DNA from: the human T2T-CHM13v2.0 reference genome, Homo sapiens
Strand: one strand, 5' to 3'
DNA: 64,000 nucleotides
Assembly (NCBI RefSeq): GCF_009914755.1
Contig: NC_060926.1
A program made the position numbers and the translations under genes. Shown here one piece after another: positions 43,034 to 58,830 of the stretch; positions within the stretch are counted from its first letter, which is position 1, and every line of letters starts with the position of its first letter. The notes under the pieces were generated by a model. It was not told the origin of the DNA, searched no databases, and saw only the letters and a list, made by a program, of their open reading frames with translations.

Positions 43034-44242
43034 CTCATGACTCCACTTGTCAGCTTGGTACACTCCTCTGAGAAGCTTCTCCCAATATTCCCATCTCATT
43101 TGATCCTTCCTGACTGGCCAGTGTTGGGATTAAGAGCCTCACTTTAATCAAGGAACCCAAGGCTCACACAAGGCTGAGCCCTGCCCAGCCAGGCCAGCGG
43201 CCAGGCCTCCCCATGTCCCTCTCTCTCCTAACAGGGAGGAGTGGGAGATGGGGGAGGGCTGTGGGATGGAGGGCGGGGCTGCCAACAGCCTGCTCCGTGG
43301 CTGGAACTGCGACATCGCCTCTCTGGGAGTAGGAGTGGGCTTCTGGCCAGACTCAGTGGGGGAGGACTGGACACTTGAGAGGGCACTGGGCCAAAGACTT
43401 CCCTGGGACATGTGCCCCAGCCCTGGTACCTCAGGGCTGCACATGTCAGCCATCTCCATGTCACACCCCCGGGGAGGACAACCGACCACCGTGGACAAGC
43501 CCTGAACCTTTTGGGAAAGCTGGTGCTAAAAGAATAGCTGGAGAAGTCACTACTGAGGACTGAAAATGCGGAGGGTATAATAACTGCTGTTGTGTATCGA
43601 GCCTCACTATTTCCACGCACCGTGCCAAGTGCTGCACGCGTATCAATTCATTTAATCCTCACAACAACTGCATGAGGCTCCATGTTTTCACTGATTCCAA
43701 GTCACAGCTTTTTTCCTCTCATGTTAACATCTCTAAAATCGTGCATCTTACAGTCAATGGCCTGATAGTTTATTTGGCAGTATTTTAAATTCCTAATGGT
43801 ACGTACCATGATGGTGTGTTCATAACCAATAGTGTCTTAGATTTGATGAACTATAGTGGGGATGATTATTGTCCCCAGTTGTGAGATTAGTAAACTGAGT
43901 TGCATTTAACAGATAAAGACATTGAAGTTCAGTAACTTGCCCAAGATCACAAAGCAAGCACATGGCAGAGATTTGAAACTAGAGGAAGGAGCTTGCAATG
44001 TGATAAAGCAGCAAATGTACAAGAGTTTGGAAGAAGGAGAGGTAGGTTGCTTTTGGCAAGAGCAGCAATTCTCAATTCTGGCTGCACAATAGAATCACCT
44101 GGGGAACTGAAAATAATCCCCAATCCCCGGGTGCATCCAGACCAGTTTAGGTCAACATCAGAACTGAGGCCTTCCTGGTGGAATGATTAGGAAAGACATA
44201 TGGAAGAAGAGATATTTGTGTTCAGTCTTAACAACTGGGTGG

Positions 44243-44538
44243 GGCCGGGCACGGTGGCTCACACCTGTAATCCCAGCACTTTAGGAGGCTGAGGCGGTTG
44301 GATCGCTTGAGCCCAGGAGTTCAAGACCAGCCTGGGCAACATAGTGGGACCCCATTTCTACAAAAAATTTGAAAATCAGCTGGGCGTGGTGGCGTGTGCC
44401 TGTGGTCCTAGCTACTCAGGAGGCTGAAGTGAGAGGATGGCTTGAGCCCTGGAGGTCAAGGCTGCAGTGAGCCATGACTGCACCCTTGCACTCCAGCCTG
44501 GGTGACAGAGCAAGACCCTGTTTAAAAAAAAAAAAAAG
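44243..44538 (+). mobile_element. AluJ
   Basis: Full dimer with J-type right arm. Confidence 0.9.
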
Positions 44539-44743
44539 ATTAGGTGGGATTTCAAGAGATTGACAGGGAGCAGAGGCCTAGGCTTGGGAAAGGCATCCCC
44601 TGCTGGGACAGTGCAGTGCCCAGGGCCACTGGGCAGGGTGAGGGGGTTCAGCCTGCTGGTGAAGCCTGGCCCATAGGAAACGTCCAGTGACTCTGGCTGA
44701 TGGAGCAGGGGAATCTGTGGAAGAAGGCAAGGGACAATGCTGG

Positions 44744-45783
<1,040 letters not shown>

Positions 45784-46038
45784 TAGGTGCCAGCATCCAA
45801 GCCTAGCACCTGGCATTGTGCCCTGCTCTGTAGAAACTTCTAGGATCTGGTAAGCCTCATGTTCAGAAGACAAACTCAGCAAGTCTTAACTCCTGCAGGC
45901 TTGGGAAGGGCCTCCCTCGGAGAGCTGAGAGCAGAACTAGGAACAGGGACGGTGGTTTCAGGCTCTGGCGCCTCCACCTGCTAAGGAGGTGACATGGACA
46001 CATTCCTTACCTTCTCGGACCCTCGCTTCTCCCTCTAA

Positions 46039-46362
<324 letters not shown>

Positions 46363-49300
46363 CACTGCCCTACCTCTGAATGTCACTGTGAAGATTAAAT
46401 GAGGATGTAGTTCCCACATGCATCCCACAGTGCCCGGGACATAGTAAGCTCCCCAAAAGCACCAAGCTTAGCTGGGAAGCACGATGGGTGAGGCATGGAC
46501 CTTATTTCACAGCAAAGTGGCTCAGGTGAGGCAGGCAAGGAATGGGCAAATCACGACATGACATATGGATTTCCATGGCAGGGAAATGCCCCCGTAGGCA
46601 CAGTCAAGCCTGGCTCTACCATTGGCTCGCCGTTCTCCTACCTCGCTGGGCCTCCATCTCCCCACCTCTGGCTCACTTCCTGCTTTGGCCCCTACGCTGG
46701 GTAGGAGGCCCGGCTAGAGGTTAGGCACCATCTTTTCCAGTCCCCAAAGTGAGAGTGTGTGTGTGTGGGAGAGATATTTTTAAATGGGGCTGTTGTGGAA
46801 AAGCTGAGACCGTGGGCTGCTCTATTTGTTGGCGCTTGCTGGTTTGTCTGATTTGCAGAGCTGGATGGACTGCTCCCTGAGGACAGAAGCTCTTGGTTTT
46901 CTTCCCTCCGAAGCCAGGCGTGGGGTGGGAGCATCCAGTGCACCCCTCTTGCATTGGGTGCGCAGTGATCCGGACAGAGAGGCTCCAGTCAGCCAGGCAC
47001 AGAGAAAATGGCCCTCTGCCCCTGTTCTGCTTGTTTTTGTCTTGTTCTCTGGGGGCCTTTGAGGTGACTTTCTTCATTTGATGACAACAAGATGGGAGGC
47101 GGGGACAGCTGAGGTGGCAGGAGTAGGGGAGCTAGGGACAGAGGATGAACCCCACAGGCTCAGGCCAGTGACTTCTAACATTAGAGAGGTTTTGGTTAAC
47201 TGGGAGCAAATGCAAGTGACTTCTTTGAATCGACTTTGTACCTCGGCACAGCCTTCCTTGCTAGCAGGGCTGACTTCAACCACCCCCCACTCTGTGCTTT
47301 ATCTCTGGGATTAAGGTTTTCTCTCCTCACCAGAAATCATTCAGCAAAATGAGTTATTAAAAGCCGGTTAACCACTCCTGCCTCCGGGTAGCTCCCGTTT
47401 AACAACCTCTCCTGGGGAGCAGCTGTCAAGCTCGGCCCTGAGCTGGCGGGAAGATGACTCATTTACATACAGCCCGTCTCCAGGCCCCCCCCACCGCCAC
47501 CCCAAGATCTGTCCCTGTCTCCCTGATGACTAATCCTTTCCAGGGATGAGATCACTGCCCCTTCTAACCCCCCCCCCCGCCCCCACACACAGAAAGAGCA
47601 GAGCCCTCATCTCAGCCCAGAATTTTGGGAGAAGACTAAATCCAAGACCAAGGGAGGCCTTTGATGGGACAAAGACGTGACTGATGAACCCGGAGTGAGG
47701 AGCAATGAGATGAAGAAAGCTCTGCCCACCTACCCCGTCCCTCACTCCTCCCTCCCACCTCAGGGCGCTCATGTGGGGCTTGTGTGGGGAACAGCTCCAG
47801 GGTCATACCACCTCTCAGAAGGGAGACAGACCAGCCAGGCGTGAGGTGACAGACCAGCGGGCAGCTCAGAGCAGCAAGACAATGTCAATTCAATCACTTT
47901 ACCTCAATTCCTCTATCACACAGGAGGAGATTTTAAAAGGAAGTCTCTGGTGGTTTGTAAAGCAACAAATCCTGCTCTCAAGTGGATAGTTCCAAGCCCT
48001 CTCAATGAATTCAGTTTTATACACCTGGAGAAGCACAGCCTCGTCCTTTCCATGGAGCTACAAGCCACATCTGGGGGCGCTCAGTGCCCAGGCTGAGGGG
48101 GCACGCAGAGCCCTCGGGGACGACTCAATGCACAGAGGCCACTCCTTAAGGGCCCGGCTCCCTCAAACTGAGGTGTCCCCATGCTTGGTCTTCCCACAGA
48201 AGCCAGCCTGGTTGGCTGCTTCAAAGGAGGAATAAAGATGAGGAGCCATGATGCAAACAAACCCACACCTTTCAGCTGCAGCCAGGGAGGTGCTCTAGAG
48301 GCCCACGGAGAGCTGTGTGTCTGCTCTGCTAGCCCGACCTGCACCTGCCCTATGGGCTGGTAAAGGGGCTGCCCACAGCACCTCAGCACATGGGTCTCTC
48401 TCTCTTTTCATCCAGCCCAAAATGTCAAAGCACAAGGGTCTCTGTCAGGGCCTGGCTGTGGTCACTGGACTGCGGCTGAGGGGTAAGGTGCACCCCTCCT
48501 CTAATGGGGGCGCACCCCTCCTCTAATGGGGGTGGGGCTGGAGCTAATGGCACATTCCACTCTCAGCTGCCACACACAGATGGGGAGGTTGATGGCCCGC
48601 ACACAGGAAGTGAGGGATGGTGGGGACTGAATTTATGGAGCCCCTATCCCAGACCAAGCACTCTGCTGGTACTTTCACAGGTGTAATCCCCAGAGCAGCT
48701 CCTGGGGGAGGTGTCATTATGCCGGTGAGGAAACCAAGGCTCAGAGAAGTAAGGCAGCACAGGTCCCAGCCCCACTCCACCTCTTGAGGCCTGACTCAGC
48801 CTTAGGTTCAGAGAATGCAACTGTGATTTTTCCCTGAGATGAGCATTCAATCATACTGCGCCAGGGTACTTGCTGTGGCCAAAACGCCTGCCCTGGATCT
48901 GTGGCATGACTTTGTGTCAGACCCTGTGCGATAGAAGGAGATGGAAGCTGAGGTTCAGAGACGTTAATGACCTTGAAGGTCAGGGTCACAGAAAATGGCA
49001 CAACCGGGATTGCAACTCAGTTCTGCCCAATTTCAAATCTACCTTCCTGCCACCTCCTTGCCTTGCCTATTGTCCCCCTCCCTTCATATGACCTGGGACC
49101 CAGACTCCCTGGTTTTCTGGAAATATTCTCTCTCCTTTTGGCTCATTCTGTGCACTGTCCCAGTTGGTGGTATTGAGGCACAGCTCTGCCCAGATCACTC
49201 TCCAGCTCAGCTGCCCTGAGCTCCCCAGCCCCACCTTTCAAGGTCAGGAATGACTTATTTCCTTTTCTCTTCGCCTGTCTGAATCCTCGCCATCATCTGA

Positions 49301-50233
49301 CAGCACTTTCAGCTCACCAGGCATTTAACTGTGTGCTGTCTTGTGACAGCCCCTGTCCTGACCATTGTCCCAGAGATTTAACCCTTTGTGTTTTTCTATG
49401 TTAGCTTGCCAGTGAGGACATGGCCCATGTCTTGGACTTCTTGCCACCCTCCAGAATGCAGGTCCTCAGGGAGCAGCTGCTAAATTCCCAACAGAACTGA
49501 CAGTTTGTCCAGTGATCACCAGCAGACACTGTACCAGAAACATTGTCTCCATCTTAGTTTCAGTTAACTCAACATGTTTTTGAGACCTGCTGTGTGCCAG
49601 ACATGAGGGCAGGGGAAGGAAGACTATGGTGAATAAGATTGCCCACAGACCTCCAGGAACACACCTGTAGTCAAAACACAATTGAGCTTACTGGCTCACT
49701 GCAATGAGGAAGCTTGGCCACCATGGATTCTGGGGCATCTCAGTCAGAGGGTATCAAAGAGGGCTAATTCTAGGAGTTGGGCTTGAGTTCTTGAGTTAGG
49801 TGATTTATGGAGGACTTAAGGAAGCAGGCTTCGCTCTGGATGGGATGCTGCCAAAGAGCGGAAGTACTTCTATGACTGGGCATCTTAATTCTTAGCTGGA
49901 AGATGGGAACGACATAGCGAGGCCAAGCTGTGATTGGCCAAGAAGCAGCAGTTGCTCATACTAACCAGATGAGGGATGTTTGGTCTTTTTAGTGGTTTGG
50001 ACGATGTTCTTGTTTTGGTCTGTGTTTGGACATGATTATGGGGTGAATGGTCTTGTTTTTCTCTCACTCCATCTTGGTCATAAGGCGGCCTTGCCTGATC
50101 AGGGGTTCTGTGAAATGCTTATGCTCCATGGCAGATCCTCCCAGCCCCACTGTGAGTGCCAGGCCAGCTCTCGGCGCTCAGGGGCTGCCTTCATCTTTCT
50201 CAAAATGCTGCTGTGCTTTGCAGCCCATAATAG

Positions 50234-50680
<447 letters not shown>

Positions 50681-51142
50681 GTGATTTTCATTTTAAGTTT
50701 CTTCTATTTGCTTTTATAAATATTTCACATTTTCTGTGGTGCAAATAGGATAGTTGCTACTTTTGAAACCGTAAGTTCACTCCCAACAAGCACTGTTAAG
50801 TTTATAAATAAAAATGAATAAGATATGATCCCTGTCCTCATACATAATGACCACAATGCCCTATGAAAATGACAGTAAGGGAGATGTCAGGGGATTCCGG
50901 GAAGCAAGAGAAGCGGTTTGGGAGGGTGCCCCAGAGCAGGTGCCATTGGAACTGAGTAGTGAAGATGCCTTAGCCAGGAGATGGAGGCAGTTGGGCACAA
51001 GGTCTGCAAGGTCCAGGTTGGCATTCAAGGGTTCAGGTGTCATGTGGATAAGACTTTCCAGGGAGCACGTGTGGTATGAGAATGAAGGCCCCTGAGGAAC
51101 TTCAGTATCTAAAGGGCAGAAGAGGAGTCTATGAAGGAGACC

Positions 51143-51810
<668 letters not shown>

Positions 51811-53695
51811 AACAATGGACAAAGAGATTAGCCAGCAAATCCCTCCTGCACACTTTCAGGGCAAAGTTTAGGTGATATAAATGTCCCTGAAATGAGAAAA
51901 ACCATGACTTTCATTTGATTTTAATGTGAGGGAGAAACATAAACTAGTAGTTTTACAAAAAGAAAAAGAAATATAATATTCAAGTAGATTTCAAGCAACA
52001 GCAGATATGCTGAATTTATTTGATAACTGTCTTCTTTTTCTCTGTCAGCAGAGTCTCATGCAATTTTAAAAGGAAATTCGATGAAACGAACACCCATCAA
52101 CATCTTTAATAGCTGCAAGCAATGTGGAGCAAATTTTTTGTCTTATTTAATGTGGTCATCACCATAACCCAGTAAAGACAATATCATCATTGCTCCCATT
52201 TTGTAGACAGGGAAACTGAATCCAGGATAAATAATGTAGCTTGCATGACACCAATCTTCCTCAAGTCTGAGCCAGAATTTATATCTCCCATTTCTCAACC
52301 TCATCTCTCAAGCCTATAATCTTTCAGTTATAAGAAGGGAAACACTTGAGGGTGTATCAGTTTGTGTTTTGTTCATAGTGTTTATATGCTCTCAATCAAG
52401 GACTGTTTATTAAAAAATTTTAGGAGGTGGTAGTCAAAAAGTGTCTCTGGCTGCAGTACTGGGGACAGACTGCAGGGGTGAGTTCAGCGAGTCTAGTTCA
52501 GAGGCTGTGGATCAAACAGGTGGGGTGGCCCAGACCAGGAGAGTAGCCAAAAGGGGACTAAGGAAGGGAGGCCAAAGGGAGGCCACAAACGCAGGAGAGG
52601 ATGAAGGTGCTGAAGCTAGAGGCCATTCAGGAAGGAAGGAATGACGGGGCAAGGGGTCAGAAATTTCTAGAAGAATCTAGTAAGATGGAAACCTAACAGT
52701 CCTACTGGGATTTGGCAACTGGGAGGAAGCTGGCTCTGTGCAGGAAAGAAGGGGGCACCGCTGTGCGGACGCCAGACTGCGAAGGGCTGCAGAAGGAGCC
52801 GAAAGGGGAAGAAACGGACGCAGGTAGGGGTGGCTGCTGTTAAAGCCGCTTCCCGGGGAGGCCAAGGACATCCACAGCTGAAGTGCTCAGGACCATCCAC
52901 AGCTGAAGTGCTCAGACACTGCGTTTTCTTTATCTCAGAGAGGCTGTGTGACTTGCCCACGTATGAGTACAGTGGCTAAATCACAAGCCCTGGAGTCAAG
53001 GGTTTAGGTTGATCCAGCCCCCACTACTCACTGGTGGCTGTCAGCAAGCTACTCGCTGTGCCTCAGTTTCCCCATCTATCAAGTAGACAGCACTGCCTTA
53101 CAGATGGTTGTGGGGATCAGAGGGGAGGGGACAGCTGGCGGATTTAGCAGAGTACGTGGCACAGAGGAAACACTAAATATGCTTCTTCAGCTCCTTATCA
53201 AGGTTAGGCCTCCACAAAGGGTGGAGCAGGGAAGAGAAGGCCTCACCGGGCAGACCTATCTTGGAGAAGATACAAGCAATGGTGCTGAAGTTTCACAACA
53301 GTGTCAACCCCCTCCCTCATGTGTGTACTCACAGCTACTCACTTTCCTACTCTGTGCCAGCCATGAGGTGTAGTCACTGTGCCAGGGGGCTGAGTGTCCG
53401 GCCTGGGACGTGAGAGGGCATGGGCTCACCTGCTCAGGGTTTGAATGAGACCCCGGTAACCGCAGCAGTAAAGACCCCTCAAATGCCATCTCTAAATTAA
53501 AATGGGTGATCAGAAAATAGCAGGTGAACGATAGTGCCCTCACTGCCCACAGAAGTGCCTTCAGTCAGATTTAGCGCTCCATCTTCTGCCTTTCTGAAGG
53601 GACAGTGGAAGCATCCATTTGAAGACTCTTCCTGTGTCTTCTGCAAAACCAAAGAAAAGCCATCACTGCCGATGTCTCTCTTTAAAGATCTGTTA

Positions 53696-54005
53696 GGCTA
53701 GGCACGGTGGCTTATGCCTGTCATGCCAGCACTTTGGGAGGCCAAGGCAGGGGGATTGCTTGAGGCCAGGAGTTTGGGACCAGCCTGGGCAACATGGTGA
53801 GACTCCATCCCTAGAAACAATTAAAAACAAACAAACAAACAAACAAACAAAAGCAAGCTGGGCATGGTGGCTCACACCTGTAGTTCCAGCTACTCAGGAG
53901 GCTGAGGCAGGATTGTTTGAGCCCAGGAGGTCAAGGCTGGAGTGAGCTGTGATTCTACCACTGCACTCCAGCCTGGGCAACAGAGTGAGACCCTGTCTCT
54001 ACATA
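53696..54005 (+). mobile_element. AluJ with (AAAC)n linker
   Basis: Full dimer. Confidence 0.88.
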
Positions 54006-54580
54006 AATCAGTAAGATCCATCTGTGCAATTCCTTCCTCCTAGAATTCAGAATCTGAGGTGCTGGTTTCCTGAGGACACTTGTGACTTGCTGCCTTTTAT
54101 TGAACTCTGAGTGCCCTATTGCCCAGTTTGAGTGTTCCAATGGGAAGTGCAGAGCCACCGTGGCCATTCATTGCTGTAGAGCTGCGCCCCAGTACCTGAT
54201 ACATCCCTCACCCTTTTCCAATTGATTTTTAGCTTCCTTCATCCCTCCCTCTTTCCCTTGTCCTCTTCGTGTCCACAGGAAGCCTGTTGGGAGCCTGCTA
54301 TGGCAAGTGCTGTGCTAGGACACGGTCCTGCACTCTTAGAGTTTGTGGTTCAGTTATTCCAGTTTCAGCACTTACATTCATTCAAATGCTTTGTGGAAGC
54401 AAGCTGGCTTTTAGTCACCAGCAATAGCAATTTCTGAAAATCACCAAGCCACACCAAATATATGAAATATCTTTCTCTAAGGTGGTCTTTAAAATTTGGG
54501 CTGACTCTCCTCCCTCTAGGAATGTTCTGATGAGTTTCAGTCTGAAGGCAGGGAGATGGTCTCGGTGACCTCCTGGGCCC

Positions 54581-54965
54581 CTGTTCTGCACTGAACTGTA
54601 TGCCCATACATTCATAGGTTGAGATCGTAACACTCCAGTACCTCAGAATGTTACTGCATTGGTAGAAAGGCTTTTTAAAAAAGGGAATCAAGGTAAAACG
54701 AGGCCATTAGGGTGAGCCCTAATCCAATATGGCTGGTGTCCTCACAGGAAGAGTGTATTAAGATACAGACATACACAAGGAAAACCACGTGAAGATATGG
54801 AGAAGGTGGTTGTCTGCAAGCCAAGGAGAGAGTCCTCAGGAGAAACCAACCCTGCCAGCCCCTTGATCTTAGACTTCTGGCCTCCAGAATTGTGAGAAAA
54901 TACATTTCCATTGTTTAAGTCCCCCAGTCCGTGGTACTTTGTTATGGCAGCCGGAAGGAGACTGG
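54581..54965 (+). mobile_element. MLT1B-like MaLR LTR
   Basis: gggtgagccctaatccaatatg...ctgcaagccaaggagagag...cttctggcctccagaattgtgagaaaatacatttc. Confidence 0.85.
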
Positions 54966-55032
54966 GGCCGCCTGTTTGCTTGGCTGCAGAAGCCCCACGT
55001 GGCTGCACCCTGGCTCATTCTGTTTTCTGTAG

Positions 55033-55059
55033 CAGCAGCAGCAGCAGCAGCGGCAGCAG
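55033..55059 (+). repeat. (CAG)6 CGG (CAG)2
   Basis: Direct inspection. Confidence 0.95.
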
Positions 55060-55964
55060 GGAGCCCAGGATGCAAAGCTTGGTTTCTGAGCCCTGATCAG
55101 GAGGCTGTGTTTATATTTATCCTGCTAACTGCAGGGGACTGTTTATTCCCAGAGAAATAACCTCCTGGGCAGGATAGGGGCAGCCAAGGAACCAGCTGCT
55201 TCCATCAGGCCTGCTGGGCTCCTCCAGGTTCTCATCATACCACTTCTGTCGAGGCTCTCTCTGACGCAGCTCTCCTCACTCCACACCAGGCTTGGGCCCA
55301 GGGGCACAGCCTGGTCTTCCTGAGGATGCTCAGACGCAGGGACCGACTGCTCCTCACAAGCACCCTGGCACATGCACAGCCCAGGGACTGGAGCCTTCGC
55401 AAACAAGTCACAGTCCTAGTCTGAGATTCAGTGCAACACTAGGCGCTTAGTAGATGCTCAGTAAACAGAACAACAAGGATTTTCTTTTTTAGTTTTAAAA
55501 CATTAGTCTACCCATGCCTTGATAAACTGTAAAATGCCTCTGCCACCCATTCTCCCTTCTTGCTCCCTTTCATGGGAGCTCTGAGGGGAAGGTCTCTGGG
55601 GTGGGTTCCAGCAACCCTGGGCCTGTTCTGGGGTCCTGCAGCCAGGTTGGGCTTTCAGGAGCCTATATTTCATCTGGGCCCCAGTCACACTACATAGATT
55701 TTTGTTTTATCACAGAAATCACTGCCACACTGTGACCCTTAAGGTCCTCAGCAGGGATGGCGCGAGGTGAGAGTATCAAAGCCAGGTGAGAGCACTCAGA
55801 TGGCTTCTGCCTTTGAACGTGTGAGAAGCTCACTCATGCACAGCGACAAGCAAGAAAGACATGGGAAACTGACAGGTTTTCATCACTGGCTAGTGAAAAC
55901 ACATTTTATACTTCTGGGCCAACAAATACTTGGGTCAATTCACACATTGGCTTGAGAATGAGTT

Positions 55965-56146
55965 CTTTTTCTTTTTCTTTATTTATTTAGAGATGGGGTC
56001 TCACTGTGTTGCCAAGCCTGGAGTGCAGTGGCTACTCACAGGCACAATCATAACGCGCTACAGCCTCAAACCTCTGAGCTCAAGAGATCCTCCCACCTCA
56101 GCCTCCGAGTAGCTGGGACTGTAGGTGTGCACTACTGTGCTTGGCC
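55965..56146 (-). mobile_element. FAM (fossil Alu monomer)
   Basis: 7SL-like ggctactcacaggcacaatc segment; TSD approximately aa.g.gttctttt. Confidence 0.8.
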
Positions 56147-57746
56147 AACGTGTTCTTTTTTGAGGTGGGAACTTTAATTTACTTGAGCAGATGTATCAAC
56201 GTAGCTGTGAATAAGGAGCTACCAGGGCATTAGACTGCAGACTCTGACACAACCACCGTCACCACAATAAATAGCAACAACCACCACCACAACAAGCACA
56301 GACACCTACATTTTTTTTTTTTTTTTTTAGCTTTGATTACTACACTGTGTTGCTTTCCTCACTGAGGCTTATGTGGGGTTTTCTGGTTTTAGGAATCATT
56401 TTCACACACGGTTTATTTACATTTCTTCACAACCACCTAGTGAGGTAAGCATTATCCTCGGTTTTTAGATGCACAATCTGAGGCTCAGAAAAGTGCAGTG
56501 TGAGGTCACTTTGTGAATAAGTCATAGAGGTAATGTCAGAATTTGGGTCAGAGACTCCACAAGGGCTGACCCTCCTTGCGGTTCTCTGAAGACACTGTAG
56601 AAACCCGTGGGAAGCTCTGCTGTATTGCTGGGTGCTCCTGTTCTGTGGCAAGACAACCTAGAAGGTGATAGGGGGTCTTCTCCGAGACATGTGCTCTGCT
56701 GGCTCTTTGGCAGAAAGGGCAGAGTCGGGGATCAGGACGGTCATGCAGGCTGGCACTGCCCAGGGGCTGATCTTCCAGGAGCTGGGCTAGCAAGCTCGGG
56801 ATGGGGGATGGGTCATTCCCTCCTTCTCCCCACTGTCACTATAATTCTGGAGATCTGTAAAAGGATGTTTAACATGTTTAAAGTCTTTGTTTCCCATCCT
56901 TCTGCCAAGGATTGAGACATCGCCCACCCAGCTTCAATCCTCATAGCTACTTCTGCCACTGATGGGAGGAGGATTGAGGTTCTTTCTACCAAGGAGCCAG
57001 GAGGATGGCTGTCACTGCTCCTGGAAGCAGGGACTCCCAGATGTGGGGATAAGTACGCAGGGCCTGCCTTCCCTCCACTCTTGGTGGCTTCCAAAGGCCA
57101 ACATTCTAGAAAGCCAACCACCCATGTCTCCTCTCTTTCTATTGGAGTGACTCTGCTGCTTCAACAGAGTATTAAAAACAAAGACAGCCTTCCACCCTGA
57201 CGTCAGACACACAGACACACGAGCACGAGCATCTTGTACTACCCTGTGCCCCCATTCCCCATCAGCATACACGTGGTGTTTCGGGGATAAAGCTACACCA
57301 AAGGAACCCTCCCATACAGGCTTGGTACAGTCTCAGCCTGTAACGCTTCCCTTTCGAAGAGCTGTCCCTCCAGCAAGGCCTCATAACCCAGGGAACCCCT
57401 GGCATCTCTGCCGAGGGCATAAACCATATTAGCTCTGAATCATAAAGAATGTTTACTGAGAACCACATTTGGGAAGACCTTTCTCTTTCAAACCCTTTCT
57501 TCCCAGGCCCCCAGTGATGGCTAACACCATTGTTCGCAGCGTTCCTACTGAAACACATTGGTCGTGTGTACTTTCTTGTCTAACTCATAGATTGCAAAAG
57601 CTATAATTTCATGGGATTTGTTTTAAGCGCCCTTTTCTGGCAGATGTAGGCTCAGTATGAGCACTCTGTAATTTTCCAGCCTCCTAAATGGCCCCCTGGC
57701 AGCTTACATACCACATGGTGTAACCCACCCTTTTCCTATCCTGCAG

Positions 57747-58093
57747 ACAACCCAATTACTCACACAGTCTTCACCAGGGCCCTCCTAGGTGGGTCCCCCA
57801 GGCTAGGTCCTGTGGGGGATGCAGTTGCACTTATAACAAACCATGGCACATCCTTTCTGAGGAATACTATGCATCCAACAAGAGGGATGCTTAGAAAGTT
57901 GATTCTGACATCACATACCAATACACAAAAACAAAACCCAAAATTCATCCAGAAAATAGACTCAAGGACAAAAAAATCCCTGGAGTACTATTTTAGTGGT
58001 GAAGCTAAAGGCTTTTTTTCCCTGTCACTTTTTTTGAGCTTCTCTCTTTTTCAAATGTTCTATAAGAAGTATCTGTTATTCGAGTGAATTAAA
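57747..58093 (+). other. Candidate plus-strand terminal exon (phase-1 ORF to TGA at 58087, ATTAAA at 58088-58093)
   Basis: gtaac branch-like motif, ttttcctatcctgcag| acceptor, a 113-codon open frame, a poly(A) signal and U-rich downstream sequence. Confidence 0.3.
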
Positions 58094-58619
58094 GACCACT
58101 CGTTTTGTCATTATTTTTAAAGGCAGAGTCTCACCGTCTGGGTGGGGAGGGAAGTCATACACAAGAGAGGAGATGGCAAGGTGCTAGGAGGTTAGATCAT
58201 CACTGGCAGAAGGCAAATGAAGGAGGAGGCTCCATGAAGCCTGGATGATGAAGGTGGGCTCTGAAGAGGGAGTGGGCCTTAGATACATGAAGGGTAAAGG
58301 ACAGGCAGGGATGCTCCAGGCAGGGAGAATGCTATGAATGAAGACTGGAGGGACAGTTCAGGGTCTTGCTGACTAGTTTGGCTGGAGGAAAGGCTGCAGT
58401 GAGGGTAGCATTAGCCACACTTGGGCTTGGAAAGGCTGGGGACCACTGAAATGCAAAGTAGCTTCCCCTGAAAGAAACCAGGGAGGCTGCTGTCAGAGAG
58501 TGGACCCTTTGGGAAGCCTGGATACAGATGGATGTCTTTTCCCAATTCAGTCATTTATAAGTAGCTCATATGTCTCTCAATTCCTCATCATTTTCGCAGC
58601 ACCAACTTTGTGGGGGAGT

Positions 58620-58830
58620 AGGGGGACTAGCTGTGGAGTCAGGGACACCTGGGCTAGAATCTCAGCTCTGTCACTTGCTGGCTCTTTGATCTGAGAAAGC
58701 CATTGAGCCTCTTTTTGCCTCAATTTCCTCATCTGTAAATGAGATGTGAGCTGTGCTCACCTCCACAGGATGCTGATGAGGATTAAATGAGAAGAAGTGT
58801 GTAAAATGCTCAGCATAGTGCTAATAGCAT
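58620..58830 (+). mobile_element. MIR
   Basis: gcctcaatttcctcatctgtaaat...gaggattaaatgaga. Confidence 0.8.
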
